Shown here: in pieces, positions 1 to 8,141 of the stretch
Numbering within the stretch: position 1 is the stretch's first letter
Layout of the letters: each line of letters begins with the position of its first letter
NCBI GenBank assembly: GCA_021846685.1
Contig: JAJZWL010000006.1
Span: forward strand, 1-60,003
Reading direction: 5' to 3'
Source: a bacterium
Lineage (GTDB): Bacteria > Patescibacteriota > Dojkabacteria > JAKAPS01 > JAJZLI01
DNA length: 60,003 nucleotides
Notes under the pieces: generated by a model
What the model was told of the DNA's origin: nothing
Database searches by the model: none
The model's input: the letters and a program-made list of their open reading frames with translations, nothing else
Program-made: the position numbers and the translations under genes

Positions 1-8
1 ATATTAAT

Positions 9-290
9 ATGAATAAGGCAATATTACAAATACCAATGAACAAAAGTTTAAAAGATGATGCTGAGAGAGTAGCTTTATCTAAAGGATTTTCATCTCTTCA
101 AGAATTTATAAGAGTATTTTTAGTAAAAGTGTCAAACAATAGTATTGATATATCATTTCAAGAGAGTATAAATTTATCAGATAAATCAGAAAAACTTTAT
201 CTTAAAATAGACAAAGATTTCAAAAATAATAAGAATATATATACAGCAGATAATACAAAAGATTTGATAAAGCAATTAAATGAGAATTAA
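9..290 (+). CDS. Putative ribbon-helix-helix antitoxin (RelB/DinJ-like) of a type II TA pair
   Basis: 93-aa ORF. The N-terminal segment ILQIPMNKSLKDDAERVALSKGFSSLQEFIRVFL has the strand-helix-helix pattern of RHH antitoxins. It overlaps the downstream RelE-like ORF by 11 nt. Confidence 0.5.
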   Translation: MNKAILQIPMNKSLKDDAERVALSKGFSSLQEFIRVFLVKVSNNSIDISFQESINLSDKSEKLYLKIDKDFKNNKNIYTADNTKDLIKQLNEN

Positions 291-543
291 ATACCATAAA
301 AATTTTATAAAGAATTATAGAAAAAGAATCTCCTCAAATCCAAAATTAGTTAGTAAATTTCAGAAACAATTAGACATATTCCTTATTAATCCTCAAAATC
401 CTATTTTAAGAAATCATAAATTGATAGGAAAATTATCATCTTATAATTCTTTTTCCCTCACAGGAGATATCAGAGTAATATATCAAATAGAAGAAGATGC
501 AATATTATTATTTGATATAGGAACACATAATCAAGTATATTGA
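280..543 (+). CDS. RelE/YafQ-superfamily mRNA interferase toxin
   Basis: 87-aa ORF. KNFIKNYRK, NHKLIGKL, SLTGDIRVIY and the C-terminal IGTHNQVY match the RelE/YafQ toxin core. It is coupled to the upstream antitoxin ORF and ends in TGA. Confidence 0.75.
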   Translation: MRIKYHKNFIKNYRKRISSNPKLVSKFQKQLDIFLINPQNPILRNHKLIGKLSSYNSFSLTGDIRVIYQIEEDAILLFDIGTHNQVY

Positions 544-583
544 ATTTTAACCAACTGTCTCATTTATCTTAAGTTATAATGCT

Positions 584-612
584 ATTAAGGTTCGATACAA
601 CGATGCTCAGGA
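584..612. repeat. Divergent copy C of a repeated intergenic motif (ATTAAGGTTC...ACGAT.C.CAG)
   Basis: attaaggttcgatacaacgatgctcagga shares the first 10 nt and the ACGAT-N-C-N-CAG tail with the copies at 2513-2547 and 3414-3443. Confidence 0.3.
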
Positions 613-668
613 GTCATGTGCATGTAAATTTAATTGATTTTTATTTACCCAACAGGTATTCTTAATAT

Positions 669-1181
669 ATGAAAATATTTGTATTTATTGATAGTCAGAA
701 TTTAAACTTAGGAATTAAATCTTGTGGTTGGATACTAGATTTTAAAAAATTCAGATTATATTTAAAGAATAAGTATAAAGTGACTAAAGTATATCTATTC
801 ATAGGACAAGTCCCAGGAAATGAATCTATGTATAGAAGTTTGCAAGAGATGGGATACATCTTAGTTTTCAAACCTACTATGCAATATATGAAAGAAGGCA
901 AAAAAGAAATAAAAGGAAATGTGGATGCAGAATTAGTGTTATATACTAGTGCAATAACTTTTAATGATTATGATAAAGCAATTATTGTTAGTGGAGATGG
1001 AGATTTCTATTGTTTAATAGAATTTCTTGAAGATAAAAATAAACTATTTAAACTAATTGTTCCTAATAATCACTATTCAAGTTTATTAAGAAAATTCTCA
1101 AGTAAAATTATTAGAGCAGATCAATTAAAGAATTCTTTAGAACTAAAAAAGACTGGCATTAGTGTTCGGTCGAAACCTTAG
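669..1181 (+). CDS. NYN (LabA-like, PIN-related) domain protein
   Basis: The N-terminal IFVFIDSQNLNLG, KGNVDAELVL and the VSGDGDF motif are the acidic-residue signature of NYN/LabA nucleases. Confidence 0.75.
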   Translation: MKIFVFIDSQNLNLGIKSCGWILDFKKFRLYLKNKYKVTKVYLFIGQVPGNESMYRSLQEMGYILVFKPTMQYMKEGKKEIKGNVDAELVLYTSAITFNDYDKAIIVSGDGDFYCLIEFLEDKNKLFKLIVPNNHYSSLLRKFSSKIIRADQLKNSLELKKTGISVRSKP

Positions 1182-1356
1182 ACCTATCCAGTCATCATGA
1201 TATAGCTATAGTAACATTTTTTAATTGAAATTTCAAATAATGGTGTGTGGAAGGTGTAAATAGAAAGATATGAAAGTTCTATAATCGTCCCAGTAAGCCA
1301 AGTGGTTATGTAAAACTCGCAACTTATTTTTATTTTGAATATGTTATAATATTTAT

Positions 1357-1641
1357 ATGAATAAAATTAATTATACACTACCAGTTTTAATATTTAAGGA
1401 AGATAATCTTTTTGTTGCATATACCCCTGCTTTAGATTTATCTACTGTTGGGGATACTTATGATAAAGCATTAGAAAACTTTCATGAAGCTAGTAGTCTA
1501 TTTTTTGAAGAGGTCATAAAGAAAGGAACTTTGGAAGAAGTTTTGATGGAGTATGGCTGGAAGAAAACAGGAAAAACTTTTGAACCACCAATTCAGATAT
1601 CAAGTGAGCCTGTTAATATAACCGTCCCAGACAGAAGATGA
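1357..1641 (+). CDS. hicB: HicB-like antitoxin
   Basis: 94 aa. LPVLIFKEDNLFVAYTPALDLSTVGDTYDKALENFHEA fits the HicB/UPF0150 fold pattern. A 4-nt ATGA overlap couples it to the downstream HicA-like ORF. Confidence 0.6.
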   Translation: MNKINYTLPVLIFKEDNLFVAYTPALDLSTVGDTYDKALENFHEASSLFFEEVIKKGTLEEVLMEYGWKKTGKTFEPPIQISSEPVNITVPDRR

Positions 1642-1859
1642 AACCTATATCATGGAAAGAATTTGATAAGTTTCTACTTTATGTAGATTGTATTTATGAC
1701 AGACAAAAAGGAGATCATAGAATATATTGGAGAAGTGATTTAAAAAGACCTATTGTATTACCCATGTATAAAAATCTCCCCAAATTTGTTATTAAGAATA
1801 ATATAAGATTACTTGGACTTTCCACTAAAGAATATTTAGAAATATTAAGGAAGATTTAA
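1638..1859 (+). CDS. hicA: HicA-like mRNA interferase toxin
   Basis: 73 aa. SWKEFDKFL, RQKGDHRIY, the VLPMY..LPKFVIKNNIRLLGLS segment and the KEYLEIL tail match the HicA (YcfA-like) pattern. It is translationally coupled to hicB. Confidence 0.6.
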   Translation: MKPISWKEFDKFLLYVDCIYDRQKGDHRIYWRSDLKRPIVLPMYKNLPKFVIKNNIRLLGLSTKEYLEILRKI

Positions 1860-1901
1860 TTTAATAAGGGGCCTGGGTATATTGTATGGAACAGATATAT
1901 A

Positions 1902-2486
1902 ATGAAAAATAATATTGAAGTAGAAATAAGAGCTATTCTTAAAAAGGATCAAAAAGAAGAATTGATAAAGAAATTAGGCATTCCTAATTCTGAAGAAAGG
2001 ATCATAGATGTCTATTTTTGTAGAAAAGAAATAAAAAGTTTTAAGGACATAGAGATGAATGAAGTGGGGTCTTATAGTCTAAGATTAAGAAAAGCCGAAA
2101 AAAGTAATTCCAAAATAGAAATACAAATGAATACTAAAATTATAACTCACAAAGGAGATCACAATGCTTGGGAGGAACATGAAGTAGAAGTCAATTCTTT
2201 AGAGGAGTCTATAACGATTCTTGAATCGATAGGGTTTAAACCTTACTTTAAATTGGATAAGATAAGGAAATCATATTTAATAAAAGAACATAATATGACA
2301 ACAAATCTAGATATAATAAAAACTTTTGGAACTACAATTGAAGTTGAAATAATAACTAATAAAGAAAATTCAGATAATTCCAAAGTTCAGATAAAAAATT
2401 ATTTAAGAACATTAGGTATATTAGAAGATCAAATTGTCCCTAAAAGTATAACAAATATATTAATGCATAAAATGTCTAAATTCTAA
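1902..2486 (+). CDS. CYTH-domain protein (triphosphate tunnel metalloenzyme / class IV adenylate cyclase-like)
   Basis: N-terminal IEVEIRA (ExExK-type motif) plus repeated acidic beta-strand motifs LRLRK, EHEVEV and TIEVEI. The 194-aa size is typical of CyaB/ThTPase-like proteins. Confidence 0.6.
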   Translation: MKNNIEVEIRAILKKDQKEELIKKLGIPNSEERIIDVYFCRKEIKSFKDIEMNEVGSYSLRLRKAEKSNSKIEIQMNTKIITHKGDHNAWEEHEVEVNSLEESITILESIGFKPYFKLDKIRKSYLIKEHNMTTNLDIIKTFGTTIEVEIITNKENSDNSKVQIKNYLRTLGILEDQIVPKSITNILMHKMSKF

Positions 2487-2494
2487 TGTAAAGA

Positions 2495-2547
2495 CCTGGG
2501 TATAAATCTATAATTAAGGTTCTGACATTGTCTACGATACCCAGATA
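2495..2547. repeat. Repeated intergenic element copy A, with an internal 8-bp inverted repeat
   Basis: CTGGGTAT (2496-2503) pairs with ATACCCAG (2537-2544). The 3' half, ggttctgacattgtctacgatacccagata, recurs at 3414-3443 (about 26/30 identical) and is followed by a T-run. CCTGGGTATA also recurs at 1872-1881. Confidence 0.45.
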
Positions 2548-2599
2548 GCTGATTTTTTATATTTAAACTTTTACTAAGATAATATATAATATTACTTAT

Positions 2600-3238
2600 A
2601 TGATATATATACCAAGTATAGATAATTCTGATACAAGATCAATAAAAGATCTAAGAAGTGAACAATATAGACTACAAAAACAAGCAGATAAACTTTTATC
2701 CCAAATAGATCTAAAAGATATCTTCTCAAAGTATGGAAAAGTTTCTGAGATAGGAGGAAGCTATAGCTATGGATTGATGGTTTATCCCGATATTGATATT
2801 GAAATAATAAATAATATCGTAACTAAAGATAATGCATCAAAACTTTTAAAAGATATAGCTTCTAAATCATATGTAAGAAAAGTCTCCTTTGTTGATAATG
2901 TGAATCATGTCTCTACTGTAAAAGGAAGACCAAAAGGTTATTGGTTTGGAATTGAAATACCTTTTGAAAAAGATAAATGGGGTATTGATTGTTGGATACA
3001 ACAACCTGATTGGATTGATGAAAGTATAGGTAATCCTAATATAATAGATAGTACTTATATAAATAGATTAAAAACACTTCCTCAAGAATCTAAAGATATT
3101 ATATTGTTAATAAAATATGAACTGATTATAAGAAAATTATATGGTTCAAAATTTAATTCAATAAATGTATATGATGCAGTTCTAAAGGATAATGTAAAAA
3201 CCATAGATCAATTTTTAACCCTATATGAGAGAATTTAG
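2600..3238 (+). CDS. Pol-beta-superfamily nucleotidyltransferase-fold protein
   Basis: GGSYSYGLMVYPDIDIEI fits the hG[GS]-x(9-13)-D-h-D-h nucleotidyltransferase signature. The rest of the protein is not assignable by eye. Confidence 0.5.
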   Translation: MIYIPSIDNSDTRSIKDLRSEQYRLQKQADKLLSQIDLKDIFSKYGKVSEIGGSYSYGLMVYPDIDIEIINNIVTKDNASKLLKDIASKSYVRKVSFVDNVNHVSTVKGRPKGYWFGIEIPFEKDKWGIDCWIQQPDWIDESIGNPNIIDSTYINRLKTLPQESKDIILLIKYELIIRKLYGSKFNSINVYDAVLKDNVKTIDQFLTLYERI

Positions 3239-3413
3239 TGTAGGGTGAGGATGAAATAATAACTAATGTTTTGAAATTATCAAGTAAGCCAGATTTGATT
3301 TTCCTTAACCTAAGTATAAATGTATGTAACTCATATAATACACGTAGATAGTCTATTCCAATCCAATAATAACCCTGAAATCAAAATTTAAAAAAATAAT
3401 TGTAGGTATTTGG

Positions 3414-3443
3414 GGTTCTGATATCATCTACGATACCCAGATT
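3414..3443. repeat. Repeated intergenic element copy B
   Basis: ggttctgatatcatctacgatacccagatt is near-identical to 2518-2547 and is likewise followed by a T-run (tgttttttcc). Confidence 0.45.
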
Positions 3444-3579
3444 TGTTTTTTCCTATTTTCATTTTAAGAAATTAATTATCACATATAAATGCTATTCTGA
3501 ATTTATATCCAAATGTCATAGTGTATGAGATACATACAATTGCTAGATTTAAAATTCTATATAATATATAATTAGAAAA

Positions 3580-3693
3580 CAATCAAGAGTGATGGGGAGA
3601 GAATTGGCTCAATGATCCATCCAGCAACCGAAAAGATCTAGTTCTATAGAAATTTTGCGGTGCTACATCCAACCATGAGGAGAGATTTGATCT
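3580..3693 (+). promoter_or_regulatory. SAM-I (S-box) riboswitch aptamer upstream of metK
   Basis: The conserved S-box blocks appear in the correct order: AUCAAGAG, GGGGAG, UGGCUCAAUGA, CCAGCAACC, GGUGCUACAUCC and the closing GAGAGAUUUGAU (P1 partner of AUCAA). It lies about 90 nt upstream of the metK start. Confidence 0.8.
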
Positions 3694-3724
3694 AGTTTTT
3701 AGATAAATTAATTGTATAAGATAA

Positions 3725-3762
3725 AATCTCTCTTGGTATAGATCCACATGGGAGATTTTTTT
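3725..3762 (+). terminator. Riboswitch expression-platform terminator (intrinsic)
   Basis: An 8-bp stem (aatctctc 3725-3732 pairs with gggagatt 3750-3757, including one G-U pair) is followed by TTTTT(T). It ends 20 nt before the metK ATG. Confidence 0.7.
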
Positions 3763-3781
3763 ATTTTATACAATCTAAATT

Positions 3782-4900
3782 ATGAACAATTCTTCATTTA
3801 AATATAAATCCTTATTTACTTCAGAATCAGTATGTGCTGGACATCCAGATAAAATTTGTGATCAGATTTCTGATGCTATTCTAGACCAGGCATTATCAAA
3901 TAATCCTGAATCTCATGTTGCAGTTGAAACCATGGTAACAAAGAATAAAGTGATAATAGTAGGAGAGGTGAGTACAAATACGAATATTGATTATACGGAT
4001 ATTGCTCGACAAGAGATAAAAAGATTAGGATATATAGATAACCTTAATTTTTCAGATAAATCTGATATAGAGGTATATATATCTAAGCAATCTTTAGAAA
4101 TCAAGAAAGGAGTAAACAATAATGGAGCAGGAGATCAGGGTATGATGTTTGGTTATGCATGTAGAGAAACACCTGAATATATGCCACTTCCAATTATGAT
4201 TGCACATAGTCTTGCAGAAAGTATTGATCATATAAGAGAAAGTAAGAAACTCCCATATCTATATCCAGATGGAAAGACTCAGGTTAGTGTGGAGTATAAA
4301 GATGGAAAACCATATAAAATTAATAATGTTGTAATAGCAGTTCCTCACAGTAAATCTATAGATATATCTAAAGTAAAAGATGATATATATAACCTTATAA
4401 TAAAAGAAATTTTAGATAAGTACGGTTTTAGTGTTGATAAAAGTGATGTAATTCTAAATGGTACCGGAGTATGGCATCAGGGAGGTCCAATTGCAGATGC
4501 TGGGCTGACCGGTAGGAAAATTATAGTTGATACATATGGAGGATATGCAAGGGTCGGAGGAGGTTGTTTTAGTGGAAAAGATCCGACTAAAGTAGATAGA
4601 TCAGGAGCATATGCAGCACGTTTTATTGCAAAAAATATAGTAGCTAATAATTTAGCAGACAAGGCAGAAGTGAGACTTGCTTATGTAATAGGTAAACCTC
4701 AACCTTTAATGAAGGAGGTAGAAACATTTGGAACATCAAAAAAAAGTGATAAGGTAATTAGAGATTATATGGATTCTATATTAGATACTTCTGTTATTGG
4801 AATAATAAATGCTTTTAACTTAAAAAGACCTATATATCTTAAAACTGCGTCATATGGTCATTTTGGAAGAGATTGTTTTCCTTGGGAGGATGTTATATAA
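3782..4900 (+). CDS. metK: S-adenosylmethionine synthetase
   Basis: Full-length match to MetK hallmarks: FTSESV..GHPDKICDQISDA, GAGDQGMMFGYA, GGPIADAGLTGRKIIVDTYGG, GGGCFSGKDPTKVDRSGAY and ASYGHFGR. Confidence 0.97.
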   Translation: MNNSSFKYKSLFTSESVCAGHPDKICDQISDAILDQALSNNPESHVAVETMVTKNKVIIVGEVSTNTNIDYTDIARQEIKRLGYIDNLNFSDKSDIEVYISKQSLEIKKGVNNNGAGDQGMMFGYACRETPEYMPLPIMIAHSLAESIDHIRESKKLPYLYPDGKTQVSVEYKDGKPYKINNVVIAVPHSKSIDISKVKDDIYNLIIKEILDKYGFSVDKSDVILNGTGVWHQGGPIADAGLTGRKIIVDTYGGYARVGGGCFSGKDPTKVDRSGAYAARFIAKNIVANNLADKAEVRLAYVIGKPQPLMKEVETFGTSKKSDKVIRDYMDSILDTSVIGIINAFNLKRPIYLKTASYGHFGRDCFPWEDVI

Positions 4901-5101
4901 AAATGTTATTTTTCTATATAAAAAAGAATATATCATCATGCTAGATATATGATTTAGTTTTAAAGAAGAATGTGAAAAAAATATATTTAAAATTTTATTT
5001 CTGATAACATGAAACATATGATATCAAAAGTAATAATCTTCAAATACAGGATTTTTATAAAGAACTTTCAAAAAAACAAAAATATATATTAATCTGATTA
5101 T

Positions 5102-5920
5102 ATGAAAATAATAATACTTTCAGATCACACACAGGATAAAATTAAAGAGAGTGAAAATAATAGAGAAAGGGTATTTCAGGAATTACTTAGTAAACGACGT
5201 AATAAGATAGAGGATAAATTAAATCATAGGAAAGAATTAAAATTAAAAATATCTCAAGATTTTTCAAATAAAAAGTATATACATGGATTTTATAATATAT
5301 TGAGAATCGTAGTTAATTACCTAACCCCTAATCCTAAAAAACCAGTTAAATCACTCTATAGTGAGAATGAGATAATATGGAAAAGTGGGAATATAGGAGA
5401 AAATAATGTTATAGATACTTTAAATAAACAATTAAGTAATGAGTGGACAGCTATTAAAGGTTATCGTAATAATAAAGGAGAAGTAGATTTATTATTAATA
5501 TGTCCATATGGAATTATTTCTATGGAAATTAAATATATTAATGGGCATATTTCCTGTAATGGGGATACCTGGTGGAAAGATAAATTTGATAAATATGGAA
5601 ATCTTGTTGAATCTAATATTAAGATTGGTGATAAGAATGGAAGATCTCCTAGTCAACAGGTTAATGAAGTTACTAATGCATTAGAACAGTTTTTAAAAAC
5701 GAGATCTATAAATAGACATATTTATAGAATGGTTATCTTTTCGCATAAATCATCTTTAATGAACAAAATACACAATCAAACAGTTGATTATATTGCTACT
5801 ATTAAAAATATAAATATATATAAATTTCTTTCAAAGAAAAATAATATGTTAGATGAAAATGAAATAGAAAAGATTGTAACTCTTATAAAAAAAGATCATG
5901 AGTTTCATAATAATAATTAA
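5102..5920 (+). CDS. NERD (nuclease-related) domain protein
   Basis: GEVDLLLICPYGIISMEIKY matches the NERD core (D-hhhh...G-hhh-h-E-h-K). The N-terminal region is charged and looks like a coiled coil. Confidence 0.55.
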   Translation: MKIIILSDHTQDKIKESENNRERVFQELLSKRRNKIEDKLNHRKELKLKISQDFSNKKYIHGFYNILRIVVNYLTPNPKKPVKSLYSENEIIWKSGNIGENNVIDTLNKQLSNEWTAIKGYRNNKGEVDLLLICPYGIISMEIKYINGHISCNGDTWWKDKFDKYGNLVESNIKIGDKNGRSPSQQVNEVTNALEQFLKTRSINRHIYRMVIFSHKSSLMNKIHNQTVDYIATIKNINIYKFLSKKNNMLDENEIEKIVTLIKKDHEFHNNN

Positions 5921-6077
5921 TTAAAGGCATCTCGGAATATAGAATAATACTATTCTTATTACTGTGGTTATAACAGAAATATCCAAGACAGAAGGTAAAT
6001 ATTAATAATTTCTTAATCTAGCATTAATTATCTATTGATACTGTATACTTGTAGTTTAATTTATTAAGGACAATATT

Positions 6078-7058
6078 ATGGATAAAGTAAAATTAGGATC
6101 ACAAGGATTAATGGTTTCAAAATTAGGTTTAGGTTGTATGGGTATGAGTGATTTTTATAAAGGAGGATCTGAGGAAGAATCAATACAAACAATAGAAAAA
6201 GCTCTAGAGTTAGGAATAAATTTTTTTGATACTGCAGATATGTATGGTCCATTTAAAAATGAAATTTTAGTTGGAAAGGCGTTAAAAAAATATAGAGATA
6301 AAGTTGTTATTGCAACTAAGTTTGGAAATGAAAGATCAGCAGATGGTTCTTTTATAAGAATAAATGGTACTCCTGATTATGTTAAATCTGCATGTGAAGG
6401 ATCATTAAAGAGATTAGGTGTAGATTGTATAGATTTATATTATATTCACAGAGTAGATAATACTGTCAATATAGAAGATACAGTTTCTGCTATGGCAGAT
6501 TTAGTGAAAGAAGGAAAAATTAAATATATAGGTATATCAGAGGCATCTTCTGAAACTATAAGAAAGGCTAATTTAACACATCCTATTACAGCAGTACAGA
6601 GTGAATATTCTTTATGGAGTAGAGATCCAGAGGATAGTGTTCTATCAACTGTAGCAGAATTGGGCATAGGTTTTGTAGCTTATTCTCCATTGGGAAGAGG
6701 ATTTCTCACAGGAAAGATAAAATCAATTGAAGATTTAGAAGATGGAGATACAAGAAAGTATAGTCCTAGATTCCAAGGAGAAAATTTTAATAAAAATTTA
6801 GAATTGGTTCATAAAGTAGAAAATTTAGCATCTAGGTTAAATGTATTACCTTCTCAAGTAGCTCTTGCTTGGGTACTTTCACAAGGAGATAATATTATTC
6901 CTATACCAGGAACAAAACATGTAAAATATTTAGAAGAAAATGTAGAAGCATTAAAACTACAACTTTCTAGTGAAGATTTAAACTTTTTAAATGAAGTTTT
7001 TACTAAAGATAGTGTTAAAGGAGACAGATATTCAGATATGAGTACTGTTAATAGATAG
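6078..7058 (+). CDS. Aldo/keto reductase family oxidoreductase
   Basis: [39 protein letters not shown] and IPIPGTK are canonical AKR motifs. Confidence 0.9.
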   Translation: MDKVKLGSQGLMVSKLGLGCMGMSDFYKGGSEEESIQTIEKALELGINFFDTADMYGPFKNEILVGKALKKYRDKVVIATKFGNERSADGSFIRINGTPDYVKSACEGSLKRLGVDCIDLYYIHRVDNTVNIEDTVSAMADLVKEGKIKYIGISEASSETIRKANLTHPITAVQSEYSLWSRDPEDSVLSTVAELGIGFVAYSPLGRGFLTGKIKSIEDLEDGDTRKYSPRFQGENFNKNLELVHKVENLASRLNVLPSQVALAWVLSQGDNIIPIPGTKHVKYLEENVEALKLQLSSEDLNFLNEVFTKDSVKGDRYSDMSTVNR

Positions 7059-7205
7059 TATTAAAAATATTTTAAACGCTAATACAGTACAAGACTATGA
7101 GAAATCTTTTTATAAGATAAAAAGGTACTAAAATATACTTGAAGTATATCCTAATCTATATCATAATATAGATTGTTACTAATTAAATAAGATTATAATC
7201 AAAAT

Positions 7206-7769
7206 ATGAATAGTAAATTAGAAAAAACATCATTACTAGTAATGGATCTACAATCAGGAATTATTGATAATCTAGATGATAAGGATAGTTTTTTAAAGAA
7301 AGTTAAAAGTGCAGTTGAGAATGCTCATAATAATAATATTCAGGTTATATATGTTGTAGTTGGATTTCGTAGAGGGACACCTGAAATTAGCTCTTCTAAT
7401 AAATCATTCAGTGCTATGAGAGAAAGAGCTTCAAGTATGATGATTAATTCTGTTCCTGTAATAGATATTAAAGATAGTGATATATTAGTTACTAAACACA
7501 GAATTAGTGCTTTTAGTGGAAGTGATCTAGATATGGTTTTAAGAGCAGGTGGATTTGAAAACATAGTACTTTCTGGAATATCTACTAGTGGGGTAGTTTT
7601 ATCAACTACAAGAGAAGCTGCAGATAAAGATTTTAATATCACTATATTATCAGATCTTTGTTTTGATTCTGATCCAGAGATACATTCAATACTTATAAAT
7701 AAAGTTTTTCCAAGGCAAGCAAATGTCATTGATAGTAAGCAATGGATAGAAGAGATTAATTCTAAGTAA
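7206..7769 (+). CDS. Isochorismatase-family cysteine hydrolase (paralog 1)
   Basis: LLVMDLQSGII, VTKHRISAFSGSDLD and LSGISTSGVVLSTTREAADKDF fit the family pattern of catalytic Asp, Lys and a Cys-position loop. It is roughly 60-65% identical by eye to the ORF at 10062-10610. Confidence 0.85.
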   Translation: MNSKLEKTSLLVMDLQSGIIDNLDDKDSFLKKVKSAVENAHNNNIQVIYVVVGFRRGTPEISSSNKSFSAMRERASSMMINSVPVIDIKDSDILVTKHRISAFSGSDLDMVLRAGGFENIVLSGISTSGVVLSTTREAADKDFNITILSDLCFDSDPEIHSILINKVFPRQANVIDSKQWIEEINSK

Positions 7770-8141
7770 TATCTAGATTATAAAAATAAATTCTTCTTAA
7801 TAACTATAAAAGACTCTAACGTCTTCGCAATAATTCTTATAATTATCACAACTTTATATAAAGAGATTATTTAAATAATAGTAGTAAAAAATTATATAAA
7901 AACACTTGTGTATTAAGATACTACAGAATACTCTCTTGTTTTTTATATAAAAATTAAAGGAATTCAGATACGAAATAAGAAAATCTATAAAATTCTAATA
8001 AACTTCCCACAATATTACGGCTGGAATTTTAAATACGCAGTCTATAAAAAGCATATAATAAACTCTAATTATTGCCAATAGAATATATATATACTTATAC
8101 AATACATTGCAAAACCATACTTTTGAGATATAATATAGAGT

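Noticed and set aside
584-612. GGTTCGATAC looked like a tRNA T-arm, suggesting a tRNA fragment or att site.
   Set aside because: No complementary T-stem, acceptor stem or CCA-proximal pairing can be drawn, and the other copies read GGTTCTGA. I kept it only as a repeat motif.
280-1641. I considered an alternative genetic code, with UGA recoded as in Gracilibacteria/SR1 or mycoplasmas.
   Set aside because: The RelE-like gene (stop 541-543) and the HicB-like gene (stop 1639-1641) terminate at TGA at the expected protein lengths. Conserved proteins such as MetK are full length under code 11.
1-3450. I considered an integron-like cassette array, because promoter-less same-strand genes, including TA pairs, are separated by imperfect palindromes.
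   Set aside because: The spacers lack the attC core sites (RYYYAAC ... GTTRRRY). The palindrome is present in only one copy, and no intI-type integrase is visible in the window.
3321-3538. 15-nt inverted repeats (tgtatgtaactcata / tatgagatacataca, 14/15 complementary) flank ~185 bp, which looks like a MITE.
   Set aside because: In DNA this AT-rich, one such match within a 340-nt spacer is not far from chance expectation. I saw no target-site duplication and no second copy.
7153-7174. A perfect 9-bp hairpin or palindrome (aatctatat-cata-atatagatt) lies 31 nt upstream of isochorismatase paralog 1 and could be an operator.
   Set aside because: It consists only of A/T-rich sequence, it is absent upstream of the paralog at 10062, and palindromes of this kind are expected by chance here.
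7340-7729. A 129-aa ORF lies antisense to the isochorismatase gene. Similar antisense ORFs lie at 695-901, 4477-4662, 6446-6667, 10103-10348, 11090-11302, 13744-13959, 19520-19708, 21081-21335, 24068-24307, 25347-25529, 29631-29903, 41346-41555, 47858-48079, 48095-48316, 53275-53514 and 53653-53847.
   Set aside because: Each lies entirely inside a confidently identified gene on the opposite strand. Their low-complexity translations are typical of shadow ORFs in AT-rich DNA.
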